A stretch of DNA of 64,000 bases from Deltaproteobacteria bacterium (GTDB lineage: Bacteria > Desulfobacterota > Desulfomonilia > Desulfomonilales > Desulfomonilaceae). Positions within the stretch are counted from its first letter, which is position 1. Every line of letters starts with the position of its first letter. The notes under the pieces were generated by a model that ran no database searches, was not told where the DNA came from, and saw only the letters and a program-made list of their open reading frames with translations. The stretch covers positions 1,780 through 65,779 of the forward strand of contig JAPLJJ010000052.1 of NCBI GenBank assembly GCA_026388665.1, written 5' to 3'. Below are positions 1-9,092 of this stretch, one piece after another. Made by a program: the position numbers and the translations under genes.

Positions 1-1547
1 TCCAGGCCCCCGTCACCCGGCCATAAAGCAATATCATGAGACGCGTTCTGTGTCCGCTGCCTAAACAACTCCATCGTCTCAGATTTGACTTCAGTGTCGA
101 TCCCAACTTTTTTCAGGTTGGACGCTACTATTTCAGCGGTATCTACCCACCCCGGCATTGTTGCAACTACATCCAGAGAAATCTGCAAATGTTTGCCGTC
201 CGGGCGAAGGCGCCTTCCGTCCTTTGTGGTTGTAAGGCCCATCTCGTCCAATAGCGCGTTAGCCTTGGTCAAATCGAAATCCGTGTAAGCGTTTTCATAA
301 GAAGCACTGTGATACCCTGACTCCTTAAGTGGGGCTGCCTGCCTGGGGATTCCTTTACCACGGCACACTATTTTGTTGATCTCAGATCGGTTCACCGCGT
401 GAGAAAGGGCGATCCTAAAACGTTTGTCCGAAAGAATCGACCTCATGACAGGGTCCTTATGATTGATATTCGGGGCAAGCAAAATCCCGACTGACGCTGA
501 TAATGTTTTTGGAACAAGACGGAAATTCCCATTACCCGCGCTTGCGAGCAACAGAACCGTGTTCTGCATACTACCCAGGTGACGGCCTTGCATGTCGATC
601 TCGCCGGCAATGGCCTTGAGCACTATTGTCTTAGCTTCCGCAACCAATTCATGGACAACGGCGTCAATGTACGGCAACTGGTTTCCATCCGGATCAACCT
701 TCCAGTAATACGGGTTACGCTCTAGAACAAATCGCTTTGAAGGGGCCGGGATCCTGGTGATCCACGCGCAAAGAGACGGGAACTTTGAACTAACATACAT
801 CGCGTGCCTGAGATTGGACACGTCATGGAAAAGCTTTACCCATGTGGCCACATTTCGTTCTTTCATTAATTGTTCGAGCCGAGCGGGATCAGCATATTTC
901 TTGTGGAAGTTTTTCAGATAATGTCTTGGCTTGGTCACTAATTCCATGGCGTAAGGACACGCCAACTCTTGTAAGAAAATACTGTATGGCTTAGGAAACT
1001 CAATTCTAAAAGTGTAGTCGTCCAACTTCTCCACTTTTGGAGGAATACCGTCAGGGGACAACCAGTTAGGGATCGCTGTCGTGAGTTCTTTGTTAAATAA
1101 GATGTCGTCAAAATAAAATATGATGTCGTCAGCGGTAAACGGTTCACCGTCCGACCATTTCACTCCCTTGACCAGGTAGAAGGTATAAATTTTACCCGCT
1201 TCGTCTACTTCCCATTTCTCTGCCAGATTCGGGACAACCTGAAATTCCGGGCTCCAACGAACGAGTGGTTCATACAGGATCCTTCTGACACCGACCAAAT
1301 CAGAGAGCCCTGTGTAAGCGCGACGCCACACACCACCGTAGTTCCCGGTCCTGTCAACGGGTTTTACTACTACGGGATCAGGGGGCAGTCGGTTTTCGAT
1401 TGGCGGTAAGGTCCCAGACTTAACCGCTTTGGTCAGAACTGGAGCTTCATTGAATGCATGTGTCTGAAGCGTAAAGACCAGCGAAAAAAATACCAACGTG
1501 AAGGGTAGCAATCCGGCTAACTTTTCTCTGTTCAACCAATCCGGCAT
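1..1547 (-). CDS. ABC transporter substrate-binding protein, family 5 (peptide/nickel type); C-terminus runs off the left window edge
   Basis: Absent from the ORF track because it is open to the window edge. My own translation from the ATG at 1547 gives MPDWLNREKLAGLLPFTLVFFSLVFTLQTHA (signal peptide), then GNYGGVWRRAY, EKWEVDEAGKIYTFYLVKGVKWSDGEPFTADDIIFYFDD and ERNPYYWKVDPDGNQLPYID, which are typical SBP family-5 blocks. I saw no in-frame stop down to position 1. Confidence 0.8.
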   Translation of the reverse strand, partial: MPDWLNREKLAGLLPFTLVFFSLVFTLQTHAFNEAPVLTKAVKSGTLPPIENRLPPDPVVVKPVDRTGNYGGVWRRAYTGLSDLVGVRRILYEPLVRWSPEFQVVPNLAEKWEVDEAGKIYTFYLVKGVKWSDGEPFTADDIIFYFDDILFNKELTTAIPNWLSPDGIPPKVEKLDDYTFRIEFPKPYSIFLQELACPYAMELVTKPRHYLKNFHKKYADPARLEQLMKERNVATWVKLFHDVSNLRHAMYVSSKFPSLCAWITRIPAPSKRFVLERNPYYWKVDPDGNQLPYIDAVVHELVAEAKTIVLKAIAGEIDMQGRHLGSMQNTVLLLASAGNGNFRLVPKTLSASVGILLAPNINHKDPVMRSILSDKRFRIALSHAVNRSEINKIVCRGKGIPRQAAPLKESGYHSASYENAYTDFDLTKANALLDEMGLTTTKDGRRLRPDGKHLQISLDVVATMPGWVDTAEIVASNLKKVGIDTEVKSETMELFRQRTQNASHDIALWPGDGGL

Positions 1548-1601
1548 AAACCCTCCTAACGCTGAAGACTCGCAAGGCAAAAGAAAGATATAACACTATG
1601 C

Positions 1602-2078
1602 CTAAAACGGAATGTCATCATCTGGCGTGGGCGGATAGTGTCCTCCCTTGTCATCGGCTTTGGGTTTGGCCACCTGCTGAGCCTGGCCTCCTGATGAGGC
1701 GCTTTTCTTTGCGCCTTCTTCCGATAAACGTGAAGACGCGCCGACATTGCCGAGCAAGATCATGTCATTGGCAACGATTTCGACTGTGGCTCGCTTGTTG
1801 CCGTCTTGATCTTCCCATTCTCTACTCTGTATTCGGCCTTCAATATAAACCTGTTTGCCCTTGCTCAGGAACTCTCCGCAGATTTCTCCCAGGCGCCCCC
1901 ACGCGACAATTCGATGCCACTCTGTTTTTTCTTGATCGTTCCCTTCCTGATCCTTCCATCTTTGAGAAGTTGCAAGAGAAAAAGTAGCCACTGCCCTGCC
2001 GGACGCGGTGTATCGCACTTCAGGGTCCTTCCCGACATTTCCTAGGAGAAGCACCTTGTTTAAAGACCTCTGGGCCAT
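1602..2078 (-). CDS. ssb: single-stranded DNA-binding protein
   Basis: OB-fold block NKVLLLGNVGKDPEVRYTASGRAVATFSLATS, then a Gly/Gln/Ala-rich linker and the hallmark acidic tail DDDIPF. I moved the start to the internal ATG at 2078 (MAQRSLNKV), which follows a GGAGGGAGG Shine-Dalgarno. The 32-aa extension in the ORF track looks spurious. Confidence 0.9.
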   Translation of the reverse strand: MAQRSLNKVLLLGNVGKDPEVRYTASGRAVATFSLATSQRWKDQEGNDQEKTEWHRIVAWGRLGEICGEFLSKGKQVYIEGRIQSREWEDQDGNKRATVEIVANDMILLGNVGASSRLSEEGAKKSASSGGQAQQVAKPKADDKGGHYPPTPDDDIPF

Positions 2079-2194
2079 AATCGCCTCCCTCCTTGTAGTT
2101 AAGAAACAAAGGAAAAAATTTGCCGTAGGCTCGCCAGAAAGGTTATCCTCTATGAAATGAAGCACGCTTGTCAAGCTTAAACGCTTAATAAAGC

Positions 2195-3556
2195 TTGATA
2201 AGGAGGCGCGTCCTGACCATAAGGAAACGAATCATTGAATTACTTCAGGAAAGGCCCATGACGGCTCGAGATCTGTCCCGATTCCTGGGCGTGTCCGAGA
2301 AAGAAGTCTACGATCATCTTCCTCATATAGAGAAATCTCTGGGACTAGCGGGTGGTGTAATATTGGAACCGGCGCGTTGTCTTAGCTGCGGGTTCAGTTT
2401 TAAAAAAAGAAGCCGATTTACGACGCCCGGCCGTTGCCCTATTTGCCGTTCAGAGTCAATATCTCCTCCTGCCTATTATTACTCGGGAAAAAATACAAAG
2501 AAGTTTGGTCCGCCAACCGACGCGGATGAAAGTTTAACAGCTATTAATAACGGTCTAGAAAGGTGTCGTGAAATGGATGAAGCCAATTTTCACAATAGTG
2601 ACTCCGAGAGCGTCTGTGAGTTCAAAGAGGATCAGTTGATTCCCGCCCAGGAAGAACGCATACGCAAGGTAATCAAGGCAATGGTTCAGTCATGTAGCGA
2701 TGATAAGACGGTGGACCATGTGGGAGCAGCGTTAATTCCTTCCAAAGATGAGATCATTCGGATTCTAGGGATACTCCAGGATGTCCTTTTCCCTGGTTTT
2801 TTCGGCAGGCAGGAACTAACCCCATCAACTCTGGAATATCACCTCGGCAATGAATTGGTGAATTTGTATGAGGCCCTTTCAGTCCAATTAGCCAAGAGTA
2901 TTAGGCACGAATGCCGTCGAACGGATAGCCTGTGCGTCAAATGTGTTCAAAAGGGACGAGAGGAAGCTGTTCTGTTCATGGAGAAAATGCCTGAATTAAG
3001 ACGCATCCTGGCTCTTGACGTTAAAGCTCACTATGACGGCGATCCCGCAGCCAAGAGCCTGGATGAAATTGTTTTTTCGTACCCCGGTCTGTACGCTATT
3101 TTTGTTTACAGGGTGGCGCATGAGTTGTTCATACGGAACATTCCCCTGATGCCCAGAATAATGACGGAACATGCTCACTCATTAACAGGAATAGACATCA
3201 ACCCCGGAGCGGTAATAGGTAAGGAATTCTTTATAGATCATGGGACAGGAGTGGTTGTAGGTGAAACTACAAATATAGGCGACCGTGTCCGGATCTACCA
3301 GGGCGTGACGCTTGGCGCATTATCCGTTCCCCGTGGATCGAAAGGGGGAAACCCTTTAAGAGGTCATAAGCGGCATCCTACAATAGAGGATGACGTGACT
3401 ATATATGCTCAAGCTACTATTCTAGGAGGAGAAACCGTAATCGGCGCTCGTTCGATTATCGGCGGTAACGTGTGGCTCACGTCGTCGGTGCCGCCTGACA
3501 CGACGGTCCTCATTGAACCTCCCAGACATGTATTCAAGGACGAGCGCAACAGATGA
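2195..3556 (+). CDS. cysE: serine O-acetyltransferase fused to an N-terminal HTH + Zn-ribbon (COG3357-like) module
   Basis: The C-terminal half has DPAAKSLDEIVFSYPGLYAIFVYRVAHEL, GIDINPGAVIGKEFFIDHGTGVVVGETTNIGDRVRIYQGVTLG and hexapeptide repeats. The N-terminus has RKRIIELLQERPMTARDLSRFLGVSEKEVYDHLPHIEKSL followed by CLSCGF...CPICRS (four-Cys ribbon). The start is uncertain: TTG at 2195, with an AAGGAGG just downstream of it. Confidence 0.8.
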   Translation: MIRRRVLTIRKRIIELLQERPMTARDLSRFLGVSEKEVYDHLPHIEKSLGLAGGVILEPARCLSCGFSFKKRSRFTTPGRCPICRSESISPPAYYYSGKNTKKFGPPTDADESLTAINNGLERCREMDEANFHNSDSESVCEFKEDQLIPAQEERIRKVIKAMVQSCSDDKTVDHVGAALIPSKDEIIRILGILQDVLFPGFFGRQELTPSTLEYHLGNELVNLYEALSVQLAKSIRHECRRTDSLCVKCVQKGREEAVLFMEKMPELRRILALDVKAHYDGDPAAKSLDEIVFSYPGLYAIFVYRVAHELFIRNIPLMPRIMTEHAHSLTGIDINPGAVIGKEFFIDHGTGVVVGETTNIGDRVRIYQGVTLGALSVPRGSKGGNPLRGHKRHPTIEDDVTIYAQATILGGETVIGARSIIGGNVWLTSSVPPDTTVLIEPPRHVFKDERNR

Positions 3557-3608
3557 AAAGCTATTGTTATTTCGAGTTTAGTCTAAAAGAGTAATTTGCC
3601 GCATAGTA

Positions 3609-3637
3609 TTGATGATGAGTGACGTTTTTGTTAGAAT
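3609..3637 (+). promoter_or_regulatory. candidate sigma70-type promoter for ilvC
   Basis: TTGATG, a 17-nt spacer, then TAGAAT, about 45 nt upstream of the ilvC ATG. Pattern match only. Confidence 0.35.
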
Positions 3638-3680
3638 GAATTGATCACGTTTTTTCTAAAATAATTTATTAAGTTGGAGA

Positions 3681-4694
3681 ATGAATTTGCCAAAAATTTT
3701 TTATGATCATGATGCTGATCCGTCATTTTTACAGGGAAAAACGGTAGCCATCATAGGTTATGGTAGCCAGGGACATGCCCACGCTCTTAATTTGCTTGAT
3801 TCTGGTGTAAAGGTCATTGTTGGTCTTCACAGGTCGAGCCGCCGTTGGGATAAAGTTACTGAGGATGGCCTGGAAGTCATGGAAGTAGACGCTGCGACTA
3901 AGCACGCAGATATAGTGATGATTCTGGTTCCCGATGAAGTTCAGGCAAGCTTGTACCGCGAGAAGATTCGCCCATATTTGGAAGAAGGCAAAACGCTAGC
4001 TTTTGCTCATGGATTCAACATTCATTTTGGACAAATAGAGCCCCCCGCAAACGTTGACGTTTTTATGATAGCGCCTAAGGGGCCCGGTCATCTAGTGCGC
4101 CGCATGTATAAGACAGGTTTCGGAGTGCCCGCTTTGCTGGCGGTTCATCAAAACGCGAGCGGTCAATGTAAAGAAATAGGGATGGCCTATGCCAGGGCCC
4201 TCGGAGCTACCAGGGCCGGTCTTATTGAAACAACTTTCGCTGAAGAAACTGAAACGGACCTGTTTGGAGAACAAGCCGTATTGTGTGGCGGAGTGACCGC
4301 ATTGATCCAAGCAGGATTCGATACATTGGTGGAAGCCGGCTATCAACCCGAGATAGCGTACTTTGAGTGTCTCCATGAATTGAAACTTATCGTGGATTTG
4401 ATCTATGAGGGCGGTATAGGTCGAATGCGGTATTCGGTAAGTAATACCGCTGAATACGGTGATTTGACAAGAGGCCCTAGAATTATAACTGAGCAGACAC
4501 GACAGGAAATGAAGACAATGTTGAATGAGATTCGTTCGGGTGAATTCGCCAAGGAATGGATTCTAGAAAACGCTGCCGGTCGCCCGGTTTTTAGAGCTAA
4601 GGAGAGGCTGGCTGCGGAACATCCGATCGAAAAGGTAGGCCAGGAATTAAGATCGATGATGAGTTGGATTTCCTCGGGCCTAGAAGAGAAATGA
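3681..4694 (+). CDS. ilvC: ketol-acid reductoisomerase (class I)
   Basis: [24 protein letters not shown] Rossmann motif, then [11 protein letters not shown] and ISNTAEYGD-type blocks (here [15 protein letters not shown]). The 337-aa length is typical of class I IlvC. Confidence 0.95.
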   Translation: MNLPKIFYDHDADPSFLQGKTVAIIGYGSQGHAHALNLLDSGVKVIVGLHRSSRRWDKVTEDGLEVMEVDAATKHADIVMILVPDEVQASLYREKIRPYLEEGKTLAFAHGFNIHFGQIEPPANVDVFMIAPKGPGHLVRRMYKTGFGVPALLAVHQNASGQCKEIGMAYARALGATRAGLIETTFAEETETDLFGEQAVLCGGVTALIQAGFDTLVEAGYQPEIAYFECLHELKLIVDLIYEGGIGRMRYSVSNTAEYGDLTRGPRIITEQTRQEMKTMLNEIRSGEFAKEWILENAAGRPVFRAKERLAAEHPIEKVGQELRSMMSWISSGLEEK

Positions 4695-4735
4695 TTTATT
4701 ATTTGTACCAGTCGTGAATGTCAGATACATAATGC

Positions 4736-4766
4736 GGGGCAAAGAATCAGAATTAGACTTTGCCCC
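4736..4766 (+). terminator. hairpin downstream of ilvC (weak terminator candidate)
   Basis: GGGGCAAAG / CTTTGCCCC 9-bp stem with a 13-nt loop. There is no clear T-tract after it, hence the low confidence. Confidence 0.3.
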
Positions 4767-4997
4767 GTTCCTAACAAAGGATTTAGCAAGAACCGAAAAT
4801 ATGGCCATGGCTCGTGCAACCTGACTTTTTACGATCAGGACTCGAGGCTTTTAAAAACGCGTTATCGAGGGATGTCTTTGAACCCCGTCCGCTTTTCGGC
4901 GAATTTCGCGTCATCAGTTCGTGTTTTTCCAGAGCTATCGGGACAACTGCGTTCTGACGCGAGAGGCGATACTTTTTAAGAAAGGCTCTTTCCGGTT

Positions 4998-6242
4998 ATG
5001 ATCAAGAGTATTCGTGTCAAAAATTTCAAAAACTTCAGGGAAGCCAAATTTGAAGTTAGGCCTCTCAATATTTTTATCGGGCCCAATGGAACGGGAAAGT
5101 CAAATTTGGGTAATTTCCTCCTTATGCTGAGTTTTCTCGCCTCAGGCCCTTTCAGTAGCGCTTTTGGTCCCGGTCCTTTTACGTTTCGTCAAACATTGAG
5201 TCGTAAAGCCAGAGACTTGGGAGATAGTCAAGACCTCGATCTTCATTTTGAAATAACTCTGGAAGTAGAAGAAACCAATTATAGTTACTGTCTGGTGTTC
5301 ACGGAAATCAGGAGAAATGAATATCTGATTAAAGAGGAAACACTGCAAGAGATTCAAGGTGAAATTCTCTTTACCATAAACGATATCAAGGCACGTGAGT
5401 CCAAGATGGCTCAGATGCGGAAAGGTCACGCATGGAATGATTCAGAGAAAAGGATTCGATCGGTTGCTCAGTATCTGTCTAAAATAAAGAGATATCGGTT
5501 TGTGCCGGATTTGATAAAGAAACCGGCCCAAATTCAGGATTCATTCTTGTTGGATCACACCGGTGAAAACCTCGCTGCCGTGATTCACTTTATAGAAAAG
5601 AATTACCCGGAAAATTTTTACAAGATCGTTCAAGAGGTAAAACGTGCAATTCCAGGGACTAAAAGGATTTTCACCCCGCATTTGGGAGATCCGGGGCAGG
5701 TGGGAATTGGCGTGGAGGAAGAAAACAAAACAGGTTATTTTGTAGGCCCACAATTATCAGATGGTTTTCTTGTTTTCTTGGCTCTTTGCACCTTGTTCAA
5801 TTTACCGGATCAACCCCGTATATTCTTTATCGAAGAGCCCGAGACTTATCTCAATCCGAATCGCTTGCGGGTGCTCTATGGTTTGATGCATCGGTACGCC
5901 GCCAATAATCCCAACAAACAAATCCTTATGAGTTCTCATTCACCCTATTTTTTAGACTGGTCGGACAAGGCGCCGGAGGAACTGACTCTAATGCTTGACC
6001 GAGACGGATGGGTGGAATTTCGTAACTTGCAGGGAATTAACGACTTGAGGTATTTTCTCGAAGAAGATTCATGGGGTCGCGATTGGGTGACAAAATTCTT
6101 CAGAGCTGATTTCGCTGATGACCCTCTGCCGGAAATTCAGCTCAACAACTTCTGCAAATCCGAAAACAGCGATCAGGACCCGGAAGTGGAAGGGATTGAT
6201 CAGCAGGCAGGTGAATCACGGCACTTCGGTGAAAACCACTGA
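4998..6242 (+). CDS. AAA15/AAA21-type (ABC/SMC-like) ATPase, stand-alone
   Basis: IRVKNFKNF start, Walker A GPNGTGKSN, signature-like QLSDGF, Walker B RIFFIEEPETYLNP and H-loop MSSHSP. The C-terminal tail is acidic. Confidence 0.75.
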   Translation: MIKSIRVKNFKNFREAKFEVRPLNIFIGPNGTGKSNLGNFLLMLSFLASGPFSSAFGPGPFTFRQTLSRKARDLGDSQDLDLHFEITLEVEETNYSYCLVFTEIRRNEYLIKEETLQEIQGEILFTINDIKARESKMAQMRKGHAWNDSEKRIRSVAQYLSKIKRYRFVPDLIKKPAQIQDSFLLDHTGENLAAVIHFIEKNYPENFYKIVQEVKRAIPGTKRIFTPHLGDPGQVGIGVEEENKTGYFVGPQLSDGFLVFLALCTLFNLPDQPRIFFIEEPETYLNPNRLRVLYGLMHRYAANNPNKQILMSSHSPYFLDWSDKAPEELTLMLDRDGWVEFRNLQGINDLRYFLEEDSWGRDWVTKFFRADFADDPLPEIQLNNFCKSENSDQDPEVEGIDQQAGESRHFGENH

Positions 6243-6466
6243 TCTCGTGTTTATTAGCCTAGCTGAATATCTGATCTGATTCAATTTGTTGATTCCGAGA
6301 TACGCTGTGTTTCAAGAATGAACTATGAATTCCTTCACGAAAAATTGTTCGGTTGAAACTGAAACATCTAGCGGAATAATAAGTAACGTGCTAATTAATA
6401 AAATGATATCTTTCTAAACCGTCACCCGGCAAAGATAAAATCATCATCATAAAAAGGAGCGCTGAG

Positions 6467-7396
6467 ATGGGCTTTTTGCAGTTCTTGACTTACTTAAGTG
6501 GCCTGGTTTTCGTGATCGCGTTCGCCGCAAAACTCTTAAAGTATGCGACGATGCCGATGCATGTGCGGTGGGAACTATATCCAATACCTCATGAGGGCAA
6601 GGAATGGGGTGGTTCCTTTTATGAGGAAGTGGACCACTGGAAAAAGACTCGCCATAAGGACCACATGGCGCAGTATAGGTTTATGGTTCCGGAAATACTT
6701 TTTATCAGAGCTTTGCATGAGGATAACAAGCCATTATGGTACTGGTCTTTTCCTTTCCATATGGGGCTTTACCTCTGTATTGGCGGCCTGGTTTTTCTTG
6801 GGCTGGGAGCAGTCTTACAGATCTTCGGTATGGTTCCCGAAAATTCTGCCCTAGCGAGTCTTGTTCAATCATTTACAATTGTTTTCGCCGTACCTGGTTT
6901 CATTTTAGGAGCATTAGGCTCTATAGGTTTGATCGTGAAACGAATGACCGATGCGAACCTGACCGATGTTACAGCAGGGATAGATTATATGAATCTGATA
7001 TGGCTTGGACTGCTGTTTCTAACGGGTTTCATCGTTTGGCTTCAGGATCCGGGTTTTGGAGTTTCCAGGGCATATTTAAAAAGTCTCATCACTTTCGGTC
7101 CGATGACCGAATCCATGGGTGGGGTGCACATAGTCAATCTGCTACTGTTCATTGGCTTCTGGGCATACTTCCCATTTACCCATATGACGCATATGGTTTC
7201 AAAGTATTTCATGTGGGACAAAGTGAAGTGGGACGATGATCCCAACAGGGGTGACGCTGGTATGGATTCCAGAATAAAGACTTATCTTTCGTACCCGGTT
7301 ACCTGGGCAGCGGCTCATGTTGACGCTCAAGGAGGCAAAAAGAGTTGGGCCGAGGTTGCCACCACTAATCCTTGGGAAACTAAAGAACAGAAATAA
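6467..7396 (+). CDS. NarI-family polytopic membrane protein, DsrM/HmeC-like (putative heme-b quinol-interacting subunit)
   Basis: About 5-6 hydrophobic helices with conserved His residues (MHVRWELYPIPHE, FPFHMG, PFTHMTHM). It lies immediately upstream (14-nt gap) of an HdrD/DsrK-like protein. Confidence 0.6.
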   Translation: MGFLQFLTYLSGLVFVIAFAAKLLKYATMPMHVRWELYPIPHEGKEWGGSFYEEVDHWKKTRHKDHMAQYRFMVPEILFIRALHEDNKPLWYWSFPFHMGLYLCIGGLVFLGLGAVLQIFGMVPENSALASLVQSFTIVFAVPGFILGALGSIGLIVKRMTDANLTDVTAGIDYMNLIWLGLLFLTGFIVWLQDPGFGVSRAYLKSLITFGPMTESMGGVHIVNLLLFIGFWAYFPFTHMTHMVSKYFMWDKVKWDDDPNRGDAGMDSRIKTYLSYPVTWAAAHVDAQGGKKSWAEVATTNPWETKEQK

Positions 7397-7410
7397 CTGG
7401 AGGATCCGAT

Positions 7411-9021
7411 ATGAGACCCGAAGAAATATCAAAGAAGACAGATCAACTTGTCAACATAAGGCCTGAGGATTTAGCTCCTTTACCTTTCCCTTACGAAACG
7501 TATGAGGAAACTCCGATAACTCCTCTTAAAGAAGATCAGAAAAAGAAATGGGAACACTCCCTGGATGGAGTAAGCGCTCTGACTCTGCCTAAACCCGAAT
7601 CGCCTGAAGAAGAGGAGCGTCTTGTAAAGGCATTTCTTAGTGGTTTAGAGAAATTACTGACCAGGGAGAACAACTGGACATTTCTCCAACCCCTGTCGTT
7701 ATCCCTCGAATATTGCGCAAAATGCCAGACATGCGCAGACGCGTGCCCGGCCTTTGAGATGAGTGGTCGGAAGGATATCTACAGACCGACCTTTCGTGCT
7801 GATGTGTTACGCAAGATAGCCAAGAAATATTTGAGTAAAGGTGGAAAAATTCTCGCGGGCTTCCGAGGACATGACATTGACCTGAATTGGGATACCATCG
7901 CAAGGTTGGCCGAACTCGCTTACAGATGCACATTGTGTCGACGCTGCGCTTCTGTATGCCCTGTAGGAGTCGACAATGGCTTGATAACTCACGAACTGCG
8001 TAAGATTTTTAGTCAGGAAATGGGAATTGCTGCGGTCGAAATTCACGAAAAGGGATCCGTTAAGCACCTGAAATTCGGATCGAGCACAGGAATGACAAAG
8101 GCGGCGATTGGCGATATTATTGAATACCTCGAAGACGATATAGAAGAAAAAACCGGCAAGAAGATTAAGATGCCTTTGAACAAAAAAGGGGCTGAAATTC
8201 TTCTCGTTCATAATGCTGGTGAGTTCATGGCTTGGCCGGAGAACCCGATGGCCTTCGCCATACTTTTTGACGCTGCCGGGATAGATTACACTTTGTCTAC
8301 GGAATTGACAGGATATGACGCCGTAAACTATGGGCTTTGGTACGACGATGTCCAGTTTGCCCGTGTAGCGCTAAAACATCTGGAAATAGCTCGAGAACTG
8401 GGAGTTAAAAAGATCGTTATCGGCGAGTGCGGACACGCTCACAAAGCCCTATCCGTGATAGCGGACAGACTACTGCCCGGTGGACAGATGATTCCCCGTG
8501 AAAGCTCTTATACTCTGCTTAATGATATTGTGAAATCCGGAAAAATAAAGTTTGACCCATCGAAAAATGACTTCCCCGTAACATTGCATGACCCTTGCAA
8601 TGTCGTCAGATTGATGGGTATCGTTAAGCCTCAGAGAGAGGTCCTTGAAGCAATATTGCCTCCGGGTCGATTTCGCGAAATGGAACCACATGGTGTCAAA
8701 AACTATTGCTGTGGTGGTGGGTCCGGTTTTGCGATCATGAGTTCGGGGAACTTTACGGATTGGAAACGTCTCGTCTCAGGCCGAAAGAAATTGAGCCAAA
8801 TATTGAACGCCTTCCAAGGAGAAATGGACCCGTCCATCAGGAAAATGGTGTGCGCTCCATGTTCTAACTGTAAAGGTATGATCAGGGATATGCTTGAAAG
8901 TTATGAAGTCTTTGAAAAGACTGGAATCTGGTACACCGGTCTGGTCGAACTGATGGTCAACGCCATGGTTGATCAGGAGAAACCATTCCTGGAATGGCCA
9001 GGTGATGATGATGACATGTAG
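7411..9021 (+). CDS. HdrD/DsrK-like iron-sulfur protein with CCG domains
   Basis: Two ferredoxin-type motifs, CAKCQTCADACP and CTLCRRCASVCP. CCG-domain signatures are ECGHAHK, LHDPCNVVR, NYCCGGGSGF and CAPCSNCKG. Confidence 0.7.
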   Translation: MRPEEISKKTDQLVNIRPEDLAPLPFPYETYEETPITPLKEDQKKKWEHSLDGVSALTLPKPESPEEEERLVKAFLSGLEKLLTRENNWTFLQPLSLSLEYCAKCQTCADACPAFEMSGRKDIYRPTFRADVLRKIAKKYLSKGGKILAGFRGHDIDLNWDTIARLAELAYRCTLCRRCASVCPVGVDNGLITHELRKIFSQEMGIAAVEIHEKGSVKHLKFGSSTGMTKAAIGDIIEYLEDDIEEKTGKKIKMPLNKKGAEILLVHNAGEFMAWPENPMAFAILFDAAGIDYTLSTELTGYDAVNYGLWYDDVQFARVALKHLEIARELGVKKIVIGECGHAHKALSVIADRLLPGGQMIPRESSYTLLNDIVKSGKIKFDPSKNDFPVTLHDPCNVVRLMGIVKPQREVLEAILPPGRFREMEPHGVKNYCCGGGSGFAIMSSGNFTDWKRLVSGRKKLSQILNAFQGEMDPSIRKMVCAPCSNCKGMIRDMLESYEVFEKTGIWYTGLVELMVNAMVDQEKPFLEWPGDDDDM

Positions 9022-9044
9022 GTAAACTTAGCAAAAATAAAAAA

Positions 9045-9076
9045 GGTCGGTTCATTCCCGAACCGACCTTTTTTTG
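9045..9076. terminator. bidirectional rho-independent terminator between convergent dsrK-like and porB
   Basis: AAAAAA-GGTCGGTTC-attcc-GAACCGACC-TTTTTTT: a perfect 9-bp GC-rich stem flanked by an A-tract and a T-tract. Confidence 0.7.
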
Positions 9077-9092
9077 TTTCATGTTCCAGAAA

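Noticed and set aside
2079-2174. N-terminal 32-aa extension of ssb in the ORF track.
   Set aside because: The internal ATG at 2078 is preceded by a strong GGAGGGAGG SD and gives the canonical SSB N-terminus. The extension has no SD.
4741-4997. Somewhat GC-richer ~250-bp non-coding stretch upstream of the AAA ATPase, considered as a gene remnant or small RNA.
   Set aside because: Only tiny ORFs (under 20 codons) are present on either strand, and I could find no convincing structure or repeat. Not supportable without a homology search.
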